Source of the DNA: Planctomycetales bacterium
GTDB lineage: Bacteria; Planctomycetota; JAKEIC01
Assembly: GCA_022614695.1 (NCBI GenBank)
Contig: JAKEIC010000342.1
Coordinates: 4,012-68,011 of the forward strand
Direction of reading: 5' to 3'
DNA length: 64,000 nucleotides
Shown one piece after another: positions 36,618 to 45,551 of this stretch (its first letter is position 1; each line of letters opens with the position of its first letter). The position numbers and the translations under genes are program-made. The notes below the pieces were generated by a model. The model was not told where the DNA came from, did not search any database, and was given only the letters and a program-made list of their open reading frames with translations.

Positions 36618-38141
36618 TTGGGCCGACGCGGCGACCGCGTGGCCGGGCCGGCGCTCGCCCTCCTGCTCGTGGGCTCGGCCTCGCGCGCGGAGGATCCGGG
36701 CGGCGTCCCCGCCCGCATCGTCCTCGCGGGCGGCGAGACCCTCGCCGTCCGGTTCCACGGGGCCACGGGGGACGGGGGGCTCCGGTACTCAAGGCCGGAC
36801 GATCGGGGCGGCGGGGGGGAGACCTTCTGGGAGGAGGTGGCCTGGCTGCGGCTGGGGGACTCGCCGCCGGTCGCCGACCCTCTCGTCGCCGTGGCCGCCC
36901 TCCGCGTCCTCCTGCGGGACGGGACGGTCCTCGCGGCGCTCCGGGTCGAGGGCGAGGGGGAGGGCGGGGCGCTGCGCCTCGATGAGCCGGACCTCGGGCC
37001 GATCCGGCTCCCCGCCGAGTCCGTCGTGTGGATCCGGCTCGGGGAGGGGCCTCTGCCCCCTCGGCCGAAGGGCTTGGGACGGGTCGCCGCGCCGATCCTG
37101 CCCGCGAGCGGAGTGAAGCTCGCCGTGGGCGCCGCGATCTTCTACCCCCCCTCCCCCCCCGTCCCTCGGGCCCGCGCGACCGCCTTCTGGGCGAAGCTTC
37201 GGGGAGGCTCGGCGCTCCGGACCGCCGCGCCGCGGGACGCGAGGCCGGGCGTCGCGGAGATGCGTACGCCGCTCCTCGGTCTGCGTCAGGTCCCCTGGTC
37301 CCGGGTGAGCGAGGTCCGGGCCGTCCCGCCGCGGGCGACCGACCGGGTGCTCGCGGTGGAGTTCGGCCGCGGGCTCGCGAGGGAATTCGGCCCGACGCGT
37401 GAGCCCGAGTGGAGCGCGGGCGTGCAGGGCCTCCTCCTCGACGCCGAGGTCCTGCCCGAGGGAGGGCTTCTTCTCACCGACCGCGCGGGGGGCCGGGTGA
37501 TCGAGGTCTCGGCGTTGGGCGACGAGGTCTGGGCGATCGAGGCGGAGGACCCCGTCTCCGCGACGAGGTTCCCCGGGGGAAACACTGCGGTCACCCGGTT
37601 CCGCCTCGGGGGGGAGCAGAACCCGGTCCCGCTCAGCGGGGCCGTGACCGAGGTCACGCCGGCCGGGGAGTCGGTCTGGTCGCTCGAACGGCTGGATTGC
37701 CCCACCGAGGCCGACCTCCTTCCCGGCGGGGAGATGCTGGTCTGCGAGACGGCCTGGGACTCGGGAGATCCGGCGCGGAAGCGGGTCACGATCCGGGCCC
37801 GGGACGGCTCGATCCTCTCCCGGTGGGGAGGGTTCCGGTATCCCGCCGACGCCGAGGCGCTGCCCGATGGCGGGGTGGTCGTCGCGGACAGGGACGACCC
37901 GCGGGTCGTGTTCCTCGACCGCGACGGGACCGTCCGCCGCACGATCGGGGGGCCCGGTGCGAGGGTCCCGCTCTCGCTTCCCTTCGACGTGGACCTCCTC
38001 GCCGACGGCTCCGTCCTGATCGCGGACTCGGCCCGCGGGCCCGGAGGCGGGACCGGGCGGGTGCTGCGGGTGAGTCCGGACGACCGGGTGCTCTGGTCCC
38101 TATCCGGCCTTGCCGACCCTATCGAGGTGGAGGCGCGATAG
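36618..38141 (+). CDS. secreted beta-propeller-like (NHL/PQQ-like repeat) protein
   Basis: TTG at 36618 (alternative GTG at 36639). The signal peptide is GRRGDRVAGPALALLLVGSASRAED. The C-terminal half has repeated ..DG.VLV.D......V..... strand patterns. Confidence 0.55.
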   Translation: MGRRGDRVAGPALALLLVGSASRAEDPGGVPARIVLAGGETLAVRFHGATGDGGLRYSRPDDRGGGGETFWEEVAWLRLGDSPPVADPLVAVAALRVLLRDGTVLAALRVEGEGEGGALRLDEPDLGPIRLPAESVVWIRLGEGPLPPRPKGLGRVAAPILPASGVKLAVGAAIFYPPSPPVPRARATAFWAKLRGGSALRTAAPRDARPGVAEMRTPLLGLRQVPWSRVSEVRAVPPRATDRVLAVEFGRGLAREFGPTREPEWSAGVQGLLLDAEVLPEGGLLLTDRAGGRVIEVSALGDEVWAIEAEDPVSATRFPGGNTAVTRFRLGGEQNPVPLSGAVTEVTPAGESVWSLERLDCPTEADLLPGGEMLVCETAWDSGDPARKRVTIRARDGSILSRWGGFRYPADAEALPDGGVVVADRDDPRVVFLDRDGTVRRTIGGPGARVPLSLPFDVDLLADGSVLIADSARGPGGGTGRVLRVSPDDRVLWSLSGLADPIEVEAR

Positions 38142-38159
38142 GAAATCACATGTGCGCAA

Positions 38160-38187
38160 TTGACCCTCCCGGCGCCGCTACGATAAT
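38160..38187 (+). promoter_or_regulatory. sigma70-like promoter TTGACC-N16-GATAAT
   Basis: Read directly: aTTGACCctcccggcgccgctacGATAAT. GGGAGG lies in the short leader before the ATG at 38214. Confidence 0.5.
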
Positions 38188-38213
38188 AGCCTCGGGAGGT
38201 TAGCGCCCGAACC

Positions 38214-41200
38214 ATGCCGCTCCGCGGCGATCTCGCCAGCTTCAGCCTCGCCGAGATATTCCAGTCCCTATCCATGAACCAGTCCTCCGGCACCCTCATG
38301 GTGAGCGACGGGGAGAACCGGCGGCTGCTGGTCTTCCGCAACGGCGTCCTCTCCCTCGTCGGCCACGGGCGCGCCTACGTCCCGAAGCTCGGGGAGTTCC
38401 TCCTGCGCAAGAACGTGATCGGGGAGGAGGCCCTCGCGAAGGCCCTCGCCCTCCAGAAGGAGAGCGGGGGGCTCCTCGGCGAGGTGCTGGTCCGCGAGAA
38501 GATCGTCACCGAGAAGCAGATCCGCGAGGCGGTCCGCGAGAAGCTCGAGGAGGAGATCTACGACCTCTTCCTCTGGAAGAACGCCTTCTTCGAGTTCAAG
38601 AAGGACCAGTTCCCGGAGGGCACGGAGGCGGCGGGGGCGGCCCCGGCGGCCGGGGCGGCCGCGCCCGAACGGTCGGAGACCGGCACCGCGCTCACGTTCA
38701 ACACGAGCACGATCCTCATGGAGGCGGTCCGCCGCGTGGACGAGTGGGGGCGGATCACCGAGAGCGTGCCGACCCTCCGGATGATCTTCGTCCCGCGGGC
38801 CGAGGCCGCGCCGGAGCGCCCCGTCGGGGAGTGCCCGATCCCGCCCGCCCGCCTCTGGCCTCTGCTCAAGCGCGAGAACGCCGTCCGGGACCTGATCGAG
38901 GCCTGCGCGGTCTCGAAGTTCGACGTCTGCAAGAGCCTCGACGCCCTGGTCCGCGTGGAGGAGGTCTCGCCGCTCCCCGCGGGGGACCTGGACCTCGCGT
39001 TCCAGGACGCGCTCCGCGGCTCCCGCTACGACCTCGGGGCGCGCTACATCGAGTACGCGATGGACCTGGGGGGCCAGGCGAGGGACGTCCGCGAACGGAT
39101 GGTGAAGGCATACCTCGGCGAGCGGGGCGTCGGGGCCGCGCCCGACCCGTGCCGGCTGACCGGGACGGTCGAGCGCTTCGACCTCCCGGGCTTCCTCCAC
39201 GCCGTGCTCCTGAGACGCCTCACGGGGACGCTCCGGGTGCGCGACATCGAGAGCGAGAGGATCCTCTACGTCTCCCCGGAGGAGGTCATGCTCCTCTCCC
39301 GAGGCCCGCGCGAGACCCCCAAGCTCGGGCAGGTGCTCCTGCGCGCGGAGAAGCTCACGCCCACCGACCTGGACCGGGCGCTGACGGTGCAGCGCGAGGA
39401 CCCCCGTCGGCTCGGCGAGATCCTCGTGGACCGCGGGGTCCTCCGGACCGAGGAGGTCGAGGAGGCCGTCCTCACGAAGGCGGTCCAGGAGCTCTTCGAC
39501 CTGTTCCTCTGGCGGAACGCCTACTTCGAGTTCACCACCCGGACCCGGGCCGAGGAGCTCACGGCGCCCGGGGCGAGGCCCGTCCGGCTCGCCCTCTCGG
39601 GGGGGACGCTCAAGGAGCTGGTCGCCCGGATCGTGAGGGCGGGGGACATCCTCGCCAAGGTCTCCTCCTCGCGGGCGATCCTGACGCCCGTCCGCAAGGA
39701 GGGCCGCCACTCCCGGGGCCGCACGACCGAGGAGGACGTGCTCGCGCTCGTGAACGGCGTCCGGACCGTCGGCGACATCTTCCGGCTCACGCCCCGCTCC
39801 TCGGCCGAGGTCTGCGAGGTGCTCTACGCCCTCATGAACCAAGGGGCGGTCCGGCCGCTCACGCTCGCGGAGGCCCGTGAGGCGGCCGAGGCGGCGCTCG
39901 CCGAGGGCCAGGTGGAGATCGGCCTCAAGATGTGCGCCCACGGGCAGGAGCTCGCGCCCGACGACCCGGGGCTCAAGACGATCTTCGAGGAGGCGCAGGC
40001 CCGCCGCCCCGACGCGGGGGAGGCCACGCGCGAGTACCGGCTCGAGGGGGACCTTGAGAGCTTCAGCCTGGCCGAGCTCGTGCAGTCCCTCTACCTGAAC
40101 AAGCACTCGGGCACGTTGCGCGTGAAGGACGGCCGGCGCGAGAAGATCGTCTACTTCGCGCAGGGCACGATCTCGCTCCTCACGCGCGGCCACCAGGAAG
40201 TCTCGCGCCTCGGCGAGATCCTGGTGGACGCCGGGAAGGTCTCCGAGTACGACGTCGAGCGCGCCCTCGAGGAGCAGCAGGGGACGGGCAAGCGCCTCGG
40301 CGAGCTGCTGGTGGAGCGCGGGCTCGCGACCGAGGAGGACATCCAGGAGGCGGTCGAGGAGAAGGTCCGGGACGAGCTGTTCGACGTGTTCCTCTGGCGA
40401 AACGCCACGTTCGAGTTCCTGAAGAACTACTTCCCGGACGAGTTCACGAACCCAGACGCCCCGGTGACGCGCCTCGCGCTCGACACGACGCGCACCCTCA
40501 TGGCGGCCATCTCGCGCATTGAGAAGTGGGAGGAGCTCACGCGGGAGCTCTCGAGCGTGAAGGCGGTCTACCGCCGCACGGGCGTCGCGCCGGGACCCGA
40601 GCTCTCCCGCCGGGCGCGGGTCCTCCTCGAGCCTGTGGACGGGCGGCGGACCGTCGAGGAGCTGCTCGAGGAGTCGCCGGCGGGCCGCTTCGCCGCCGCC
40701 CAGGCTCTCGCGGAGCTCAAGCGCGCGAACCTCGTCCGGCCGCTCGTCCTCGACGAGGTGAACGCCGAGGCCGAGCGGGCGTTCGAGGAGCGCGACTTCG
40801 AACGGTGCGTGAAGTACTACGAGTACGCGCTGCAGCTCGACGAGGGGAACGAGTTCCTCAAGCGCTACATCGCCGAGGCCAAGGGCAACCTCTCGCAGTT
40901 CGACGCGATGCGGGTGCGGATGAAGCCCTTCGACCTCGTGAACCTCTTCCGGACGATCGTCCGGGGGAGCGCCACGGGGACACTCTCGGTGCGGGACGGG
41001 GCGAGCAGCCGGCTCGTCTACCTCGGGCAGGGCGAGGTGGCGTGGCTCGACGAGGGACCGCGGGAGGGGCCGTCGCTCGCCGACGTGCTCCGGCAGGGCG
41101 GGCGCGTGCCGGAGAAGGCGCTGACCCGGGCGGTCGAGTTCCAGAAGCGGACCGGCCGCGACCTCCTCGAGGTGCTCGAGAAGCAGGGGGCGCTCACCCC

Positions 41201-42704
41201 GGAGGCGGGCCAGGAGGCGCGGTCCGAGGCCGCCCGCGCCATGCTCTGGGACCTCTTCTCCTGGCGCGAGGCCTCGATCGAGTTCGAGCGCTCGAGCTAC
41301 CCGCTCCGGCTCGACGAGGCCTCGCTCCCGGTCTCGCGGGCGGCCCTCCCCGTGGCCGACCTCCTCTCCGGGCTCGCCGAGCGGCGCGAGGAGTGGGACC
41401 GCTACCGGAATGCCCTCCCCTCCGAGAGGCTCATCCTCGTCGCCGCCGAGCGCGAGAGGGGGGCGCCGCTGCTCCGCCGCCACAAGGAGAACCCGACGCT
41501 GCCCCTCGTGGACGGCCGGCGGACGGTCGCGCAAGTGGTCCGCGAGTCGGGCCTCTCCGAGTTCGACGCCTTCCGCTCCCTCCACGACCTGGTGACGGGC
41601 CGGGTCGTCCGGGCCCTCACGGCGGAAGAGTCGGTGAAGGCCGCCGAGAACGCCTGGGTCTTCAAGGACCTCCCCGCCTGCGAGGCCTTCTACGAGCACG
41701 CCCTCGAGGTGGACCGCGGCAACGCCGAGGTGCTGCGGAGGCTCGAGCTGCTGCGGCGCGGCCAGGAGACGCAGGTGCGGCGGCGCCTCACCGAGGAGTT
41801 CGGCCGCAACAAGGACCTCTCGGCGATCCTCGAGGCGGTCCGGCGCGACGCGCGATGGGGGACGCTCGAGGCGACCGTGCAGGACTCGGTGCGCTGGGTC
41901 CACTTCGCGGAGGACCGGGTGACTCTACTCTCGCGCGGGAGCCGGCCCGGTCGCCGCCTCGGCGAGATTCTCGTCGAGGCCCTGCGGGCCACCCCCGCCC
42001 AGATCGAGAAGGCGCTGGCCGCGCAGCCCCGGCTCAAGAAGCGCCTCGGGGAGATCCTCGTGCTCCAGGGGGTCCTCGGCGAGCGCGACCTGGTGGCGAT
42101 GGTCCGCGAGAAGATCCTGGAGGACCTCCACGAGCTCTATTCCTGGGAGGACGCCGTCGTGCGCTTCGCCGCGGGGGACCCGCCCGCGGAGATGACGGCG
42201 GCCGGGGCGCCGGTCGCGGCCTGGGAGGGGGACGCGGCGGCCCTGATCGCCGAGGCCCTCGAGCGGGAGAGGACCTGGCCCGACATCGCGACGACCATCC
42301 CCTCGGGGAACGCGATCTTCGGGCGCAAGGACCGGCCGGCGGGCGGCGGGGAGGCGCGCCGAGGGGAGGCCGGAGGGACGGGCGGGGCGAAGAACCCCGT
42401 CCTCGCGCACATCACCGGGCGCCGGTCGGTCGCCGAGGTCTGCGCCCGGGCGGGGGTCCCCCGCTACGAGGCCCTCGCGGCGTTCCTCCGGCTGATCCGG
42501 AACGACGTGATCCGCCCGCTCGAGCCGGAGGAGTGCCGCCGGCGGGGCGAGGAGGCCTACCTCGCGAACGACCTCCCGGCCGCGGCGACGTTCCTCAGGT
42601 TCGCGGTGGAGCTGGACGGTGCCGACGAGCGGGCCCGCAAGCGCCTCGAGCGGATCGAGGCCACCCTCGGCCGGGCGAGGGTCGGTGGGGGAGGGCGGGA
42701 ATGA
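38214..42704 (+). CDS. 1496-aa protein of five tandem PATAN/DUF4388 modules, each with an inserted MshEN-type (T2SSE_N-like) motif pair
   Basis: Modules start at about 38214, 39150, 40036, 40911 and 41811. The DUF4388-like openings are GDL.SFSLAE..QSL.....SGTL.V. The 24+5+24 motif pairs lie at 38385-38543, 39321-39479, 40206-40364, 41073-41231 (degenerate) and 41955-42113. Each is followed by DLFLWRNA.FEF. Confidence 0.85.
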   Translation: MPLRGDLASFSLAEIFQSLSMNQSSGTLMVSDGENRRLLVFRNGVLSLVGHGRAYVPKLGEFLLRKNVIGEEALAKALALQKESGGLLGEVLVREKIVTEKQIREAVREKLEEEIYDLFLWKNAFFEFKKDQFPEGTEAAGAAPAAGAAAPERSETGTALTFNTSTILMEAVRRVDEWGRITESVPTLRMIFVPRAEAAPERPVGECPIPPARLWPLLKRENAVRDLIEACAVSKFDVCKSLDALVRVEEVSPLPAGDLDLAFQDALRGSRYDLGARYIEYAMDLGGQARDVRERMVKAYLGERGVGAAPDPCRLTGTVERFDLPGFLHAVLLRRLTGTLRVRDIESERILYVSPEEVMLLSRGPRETPKLGQVLLRAEKLTPTDLDRALTVQREDPRRLGEILVDRGVLRTEEVEEAVLTKAVQELFDLFLWRNAYFEFTTRTRAEELTAPGARPVRLALSGGTLKELVARIVRAGDILAKVSSSRAILTPVRKEGRHSRGRTTEEDVLALVNGVRTVGDIFRLTPRSSAEVCEVLYALMNQGAVRPLTLAEAREAAEAALAEGQVEIGLKMCAHGQELAPDDPGLKTIFEEAQARRPDAGEATREYRLEGDLESFSLAELVQSLYLNKHSGTLRVKDGRREKIVYFAQGTISLLTRGHQEVSRLGEILVDAGKVSEYDVERALEEQQGTGKRLGELLVERGLATEEDIQEAVEEKVRDELFDVFLWRNATFEFLKNYFPDEFTNPDAPVTRLALDTTRTLMAAISRIEKWEELTRELSSVKAVYRRTGVAPGPELSRRARVLLEPVDGRRTVEELLEESPAGRFAAAQALAELKRANLVRPLVLDEVNAEAERAFEERDFERCVKYYEYALQLDEGNEFLKRYIAEAKGNLSQFDAMRVRMKPFDLVNLFRTIVRGSATGTLSVRDGASSRLVYLGQGEVAWLDEGPREGPSLADVLRQGGRVPEKALTRAVEFQKRTGRDLLEVLEKQGALTPEAGQEARSEAARAMLWDLFSWREASIEFERSSYPLRLDEASLPVSRAALPVADLLSGLAERREEWDRYRNALPSERLILVAAERERGAPLLRRHKENPTLPLVDGRRTVAQVVRESGLSEFDAFRSLHDLVTGRVVRALTAEESVKAAENAWVFKDLPACEAFYEHALEVDRGNAEVLRRLELLRRGQETQVRRRLTEEFGRNKDLSAILEAVRRDARWGTLEATVQDSVRWVHFAEDRVTLLSRGSRPGRRLGEILVEALRATPAQIEKALAAQPRLKKRLGEILVLQGVLGERDLVAMVREKILEDLHELYSWEDAVVRFAAGDPPAEMTAAGAPVAAWEGDAAALIAEALERERTWPDIATTIPSGNAIFGRKDRPAGGGEARRGEAGGTGGAKNPVLAHITGRRSVAEVCARAGVPRYEALAAFLRLIRNDVIRPLEPEECRRRGEEAYLANDLPAAATFLRFAVELDGADERARKRLERIEATLGRARVGGGGRE

Positions 42705-42913
42705 GGGTGCGCGTGCCGAGCGTGTGGAGAGCCCCCGGGTCCGGTGGTAGACTCCCGCCCCCCCGCGGGGCGAGTGCGGGGAGGTGACGCATCGCCGATC
42801 GCGAGACATTCTCCCGGCGCGCGACGGACCGGCTGCGGGCGCTCGCCCGCTCCATCCAGCAGAAGGAGGAGGTCGAGCACTCCTTCGCGGCCACCCGGCG
42901 CAAGCAGTTCAAG

Positions 42914-43609
42914 ATGCTCCCGGACCCGCCGCAGGTCCCGGGCTACGACTTCGCCTGCTACTATAACCCGGCCGCGACGCTCTCCGGCGACTTCTTCGAT
43001 TTCATCCCGGTCTCCGAGCACGAGCTCGGGATCGTCGTGGGGGACGTGACGGGTCACGGGCTCGAAGCGGCGTTCATCATGGCGGCCGCGAAGAAGGCCA
43101 TCAGCATCCTCGGCCAGGGGAAGTCCTCCCCGCGCGAGGTGCTGGCCGCGGCGAACGAGAACCTCCACGCGGACTTGGATGAGATGACGTTCGTCTCGGT
43201 CTTCTACGGGATCCTCGACCGGAGGACGAAGGTCCTCTCGCACGTCCGCGCGGGCCACAACCCGACGATCCTCCTCAACCCGGACCGGCCGAAGCCGGTG
43301 GAGGAGCTGCGGCCCCGCGGGATCGTGGTCGGGATGCAAAGGGGGGAGTCGTTCCTGAAGTGCACCGAGGAGGTGAAGACGCCTCTACAGGTGGGCGACA
43401 CCGTCGTCCTGTACACCGACGGGATCATCGAGGCCAAGAACGCCGCCGGCGTCGAGTACGGCAAGGAGCGGATGATCCGCCTCCTGCAGGAGCACGGCCG
43501 CAAGAGGATGGCCGAGACCTTCGGCGCCTCGATCGAGGACTTCGCCTCCTTCCTCGACGGGGCCGAGCAGGAGGACGACATCACGCTGGTCGGGTTCCGG
43601 GTCCTGTGA
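42914..43609 (+). CDS. PP2C/SpoIIE-family protein serine/threonine phosphatase (conservative start; probably begins at 42791)
   Basis: SpoIIE-type blocks are present: SGDFFDF, VVGDVTGHGLEAA, FVSVFYGILD, RAGHNP, LYTDGIIEA and DDITLVGFRV. Confidence 0.85.
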   Translation: MLPDPPQVPGYDFACYYNPAATLSGDFFDFIPVSEHELGIVVGDVTGHGLEAAFIMAAAKKAISILGQGKSSPREVLAAANENLHADLDEMTFVSVFYGILDRRTKVLSHVRAGHNPTILLNPDRPKPVEELRPRGIVVGMQRGESFLKCTEEVKTPLQVGDTVVLYTDGIIEAKNAAGVEYGKERMIRLLQEHGRKRMAETFGASIEDFASFLDGAEQEDDITLVGFRVL

Positions 43610-44313
43610 TCCCGCCTGCCGCGGCCTCTCCTCCGATGGACCGGGGCCCCGAGCCTGCGCCGCGCCCCCGCTCGCCGACCGGCGCCGCCCGCGAGGGAGT
43701 GATCGGGGAGCTGGGACACCACCTCCCCTACTCGGTCTTCGGCGTCCTCCTCGCGCTCGTACTCGTCGGGGCGCTCGACGGGCTGGGGCTGCTCACGGCG
43801 GCCCGCAACGAGGCGCTCTTCCACCTCCTGCACCCCGCCCACCTCCTGCTCTCGGCCACGGCCACCACGGCCATGGTCGGACTCTACGGGGGCCGGCCCG
43901 CGTGGGCGGTGCTCTGGGGACTCCTCGGGAGCGCCCCGGTCTGCACCATGAGCGACATCCTGATCCCCTACGTCGGGGGGCTCGCCATCGGCCAGGACAT
44001 GCACATCCACGTCTGCCTCCTCGAGGAGCCGGTGCTCATCACTCCCTTCGTCGCCCTCGGCGTCGCGACGGGCCTCGTGGCCCCGAGGTTCGTGGACCGG
44101 ACGACCCGCTACTCGCACGGGGCCCACGTCTTCGTCTCGGCGCTCGCGAGCCTCCTCTACCTCGTCTCGTTCGGCTTCACGCTCTCGGCCCTGACCGTGG
44201 GACCGGTGCTCCTGCTCCTCGTGGTCGCGGTGATGGGCCCGTGTTGCGTCTCCGACATCGTGATCCCCGTGGCCGTGGTCCACGCCCCGGCCGAAGAACG
44301 CCACCGGCACTGA
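43606..44313 (+). CDS. integral membrane protein, His/Cys-rich (family not recognised)
   Basis: The GTG overlaps the PP2C stop (GTGA); an alternative ATG lies at 43636. It has about 6 TM helices. It has conserved-looking His/Cys positions (HHLPY, HLLHPAH, SHGAHVF, CCVSD, HAPAEERHRH). Confidence 0.55.
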   Translation: MIPPAAASPPMDRGPEPAPRPRSPTGAAREGVIGELGHHLPYSVFGVLLALVLVGALDGLGLLTAARNEALFHLLHPAHLLLSATATTAMVGLYGGRPAWAVLWGLLGSAPVCTMSDILIPYVGGLAIGQDMHIHVCLLEEPVLITPFVALGVATGLVAPRFVDRTTRYSHGAHVFVSALASLLYLVSFGFTLSALTVGPVLLLLVVAVMGPCCVSDIVIPVAVVHAPAEERHRH

Positions 44314-44323
44314 GTCGGCGAGG

Positions 44324-44329
44324 TAGAAT
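44324..44329 (+). promoter_or_regulatory. TAGAAT -10-like hexamer, 10 nt before ATG 44340
   Basis: Read directly: aggTAGAATcgcgccgtccATG. It shares the CGCGCCGT discriminator with the array junctions. Confidence 0.4.
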
Positions 44330-44339
44330 CGCGCCGTCC

Positions 44340-45551
44340 ATGACCCGATCCCGTTGGGCGGCGGCGCTCTCTCTCGTCCTCGCGGCGACGTGGGCTCCCG
44401 CGCAGGACCCGAACCCCTCCGCGGACTCCGGGGGCGGCGAGACGCCGGAGGCCTACGTCGCCCGGCGGGAGAAGGAGCTCAAGGCCGACGATCTCTGGGG
44501 CCACCTCGAGCTCGCCGACCTGGCGCGCTCGACGGGGCAGGCCGAGGCGGGCGCCCGGCACGCGAAGGTCGTCCTCGAGCTCTCCGGGGGCAAGAACGCG
44601 CTCGCGCACGAGATCCTCGGCGAGGTGTTCCACCAGGGGAAGTGGATCACCCCGGAGGGGGCCAAGGCCGCCGGGCTCGTCGAGTACCACGGCGAGTGGC
44701 TCACGAAGGAGGACTACGCCGAGCACGTCCGTCGCAGCGACTGGGGCAAGGCCTGGAGGATCGAGCGGGCGGGGGTGGACCTCGACACCAACACCTCGCG
44801 CTCGAAGTCCGAGAAGTACTTCAAGGTCTTCATGGACTTCAAGCGCGAGATGGAGGCGACGTTTCACGTGGAGCTCACCTCCAAGTACCACGTGAACGTC
44901 TACGCGACGAAGTCCGAGTACCACACGATCTCGGGCGGCCCCCCGGGGACGGGCGGCTTCTACAGCCCCGGGGGACGAGACTTCCACTTCTTCGACGACC
45001 CCGACTTCTTCCAGGCCCGCCGGATCTTCTTCCACGAGGGGACGCATATGTTCGTGAACCTCACGAACAACAACAAGGCGTTCCACTACCCGAACTGGCT
45101 GAACGAGGGGATGGCCGAGTACTTCGGAGGGAGCAAGCTCGACTACAAGACCGGCCGCTACAGCTTCGGCCACGTGCTGAACGACCGGCTCGAGAAGATC
45201 CAGAAGATGGTGACCGCGGGCTCGCACTCGCCGCTCCCGAAGTTCCTGGCGCAGGAGGGGCTCGCGGGCGCCTACGACCAGGGCTGGTCCATCGTCCTCT
45301 TCCTCCAGAAGCGCGACGGGGGGAAGTGGGGCCTCCAGTTCGGGGCGTTCCTCAAGGCGCTCCGCGACTCGCGCCAGGCCATGAACCCGCTCAAGCGGGG
45401 CCCGGAGACGGTCGCCACGTTCAAGAAATTCTTCCTGCGCCCCGGGCAAGACCTCGCCGACTTCGAGAAGGAGTGGATCGAGTTCGTGAAGGGGCTCAAG
45501 CCGGAGCCGGGGGCGCCGGACTTCCGCAAGATGAAGTCCATGCACGGGTGA
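44340..45551 (+). CDS. secreted DUF1570-like putative zinc metallopeptidase (HExxH)
   Basis: The signal peptide is MTRSRWAAALSLVLAATWAPAQD. An FHEGTHM (HExxH) motif is followed by NEGMAEYF, which I recall as the DUF1570 pattern. Confidence 0.7.
   Translation: MTRSRWAAALSLVLAATWAPAQDPNPSADSGGGETPEAYVARREKELKADDLWGHLELADLARSTGQAEAGARHAKVVLELSGGKNALAHEILGEVFHQGKWITPEGAKAAGLVEYHGEWLTKEDYAEHVRRSDWGKAWRIERAGVDLDTNTSRSKSEKYFKVFMDFKREMEATFHVELTSKYHVNVYATKSEYHTISGGPPGTGGFYSPGGRDFHFFDDPDFFQARRIFFHEGTHMFVNLTNNNKAFHYPNWLNEGMAEYFGGSKLDYKTGRYSFGHVLNDRLEKIQKMVTAGSHSPLPKFLAQEGLAGAYDQGWSIVLFLQKRDGGKWGLQFGAFLKALRDSRQAMNPLKRGPETVATFKKFFLRPGQDLADFEKEWIEFVKGLKPEPGAPDFRKMKSMHG

Noticed and set aside
38268-41903. 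1211-aa antisense ORF opposite the PATAN/MshEN gene; likewise 57889..61059(+) and 58157..61048(-) over K3
   Set aside because: These are mirror or off-frame ORFs of genes with strong motif support, and they have low-complexity composition.
42784-42966. 60-aa ORF starting at GTG 42784 as the gene following the scaffold
   Set aside because: Its product is Arg/Pro/Ala-rich with no motifs. The overlapping frame encodes the recognisable PP2C N-terminal extension.
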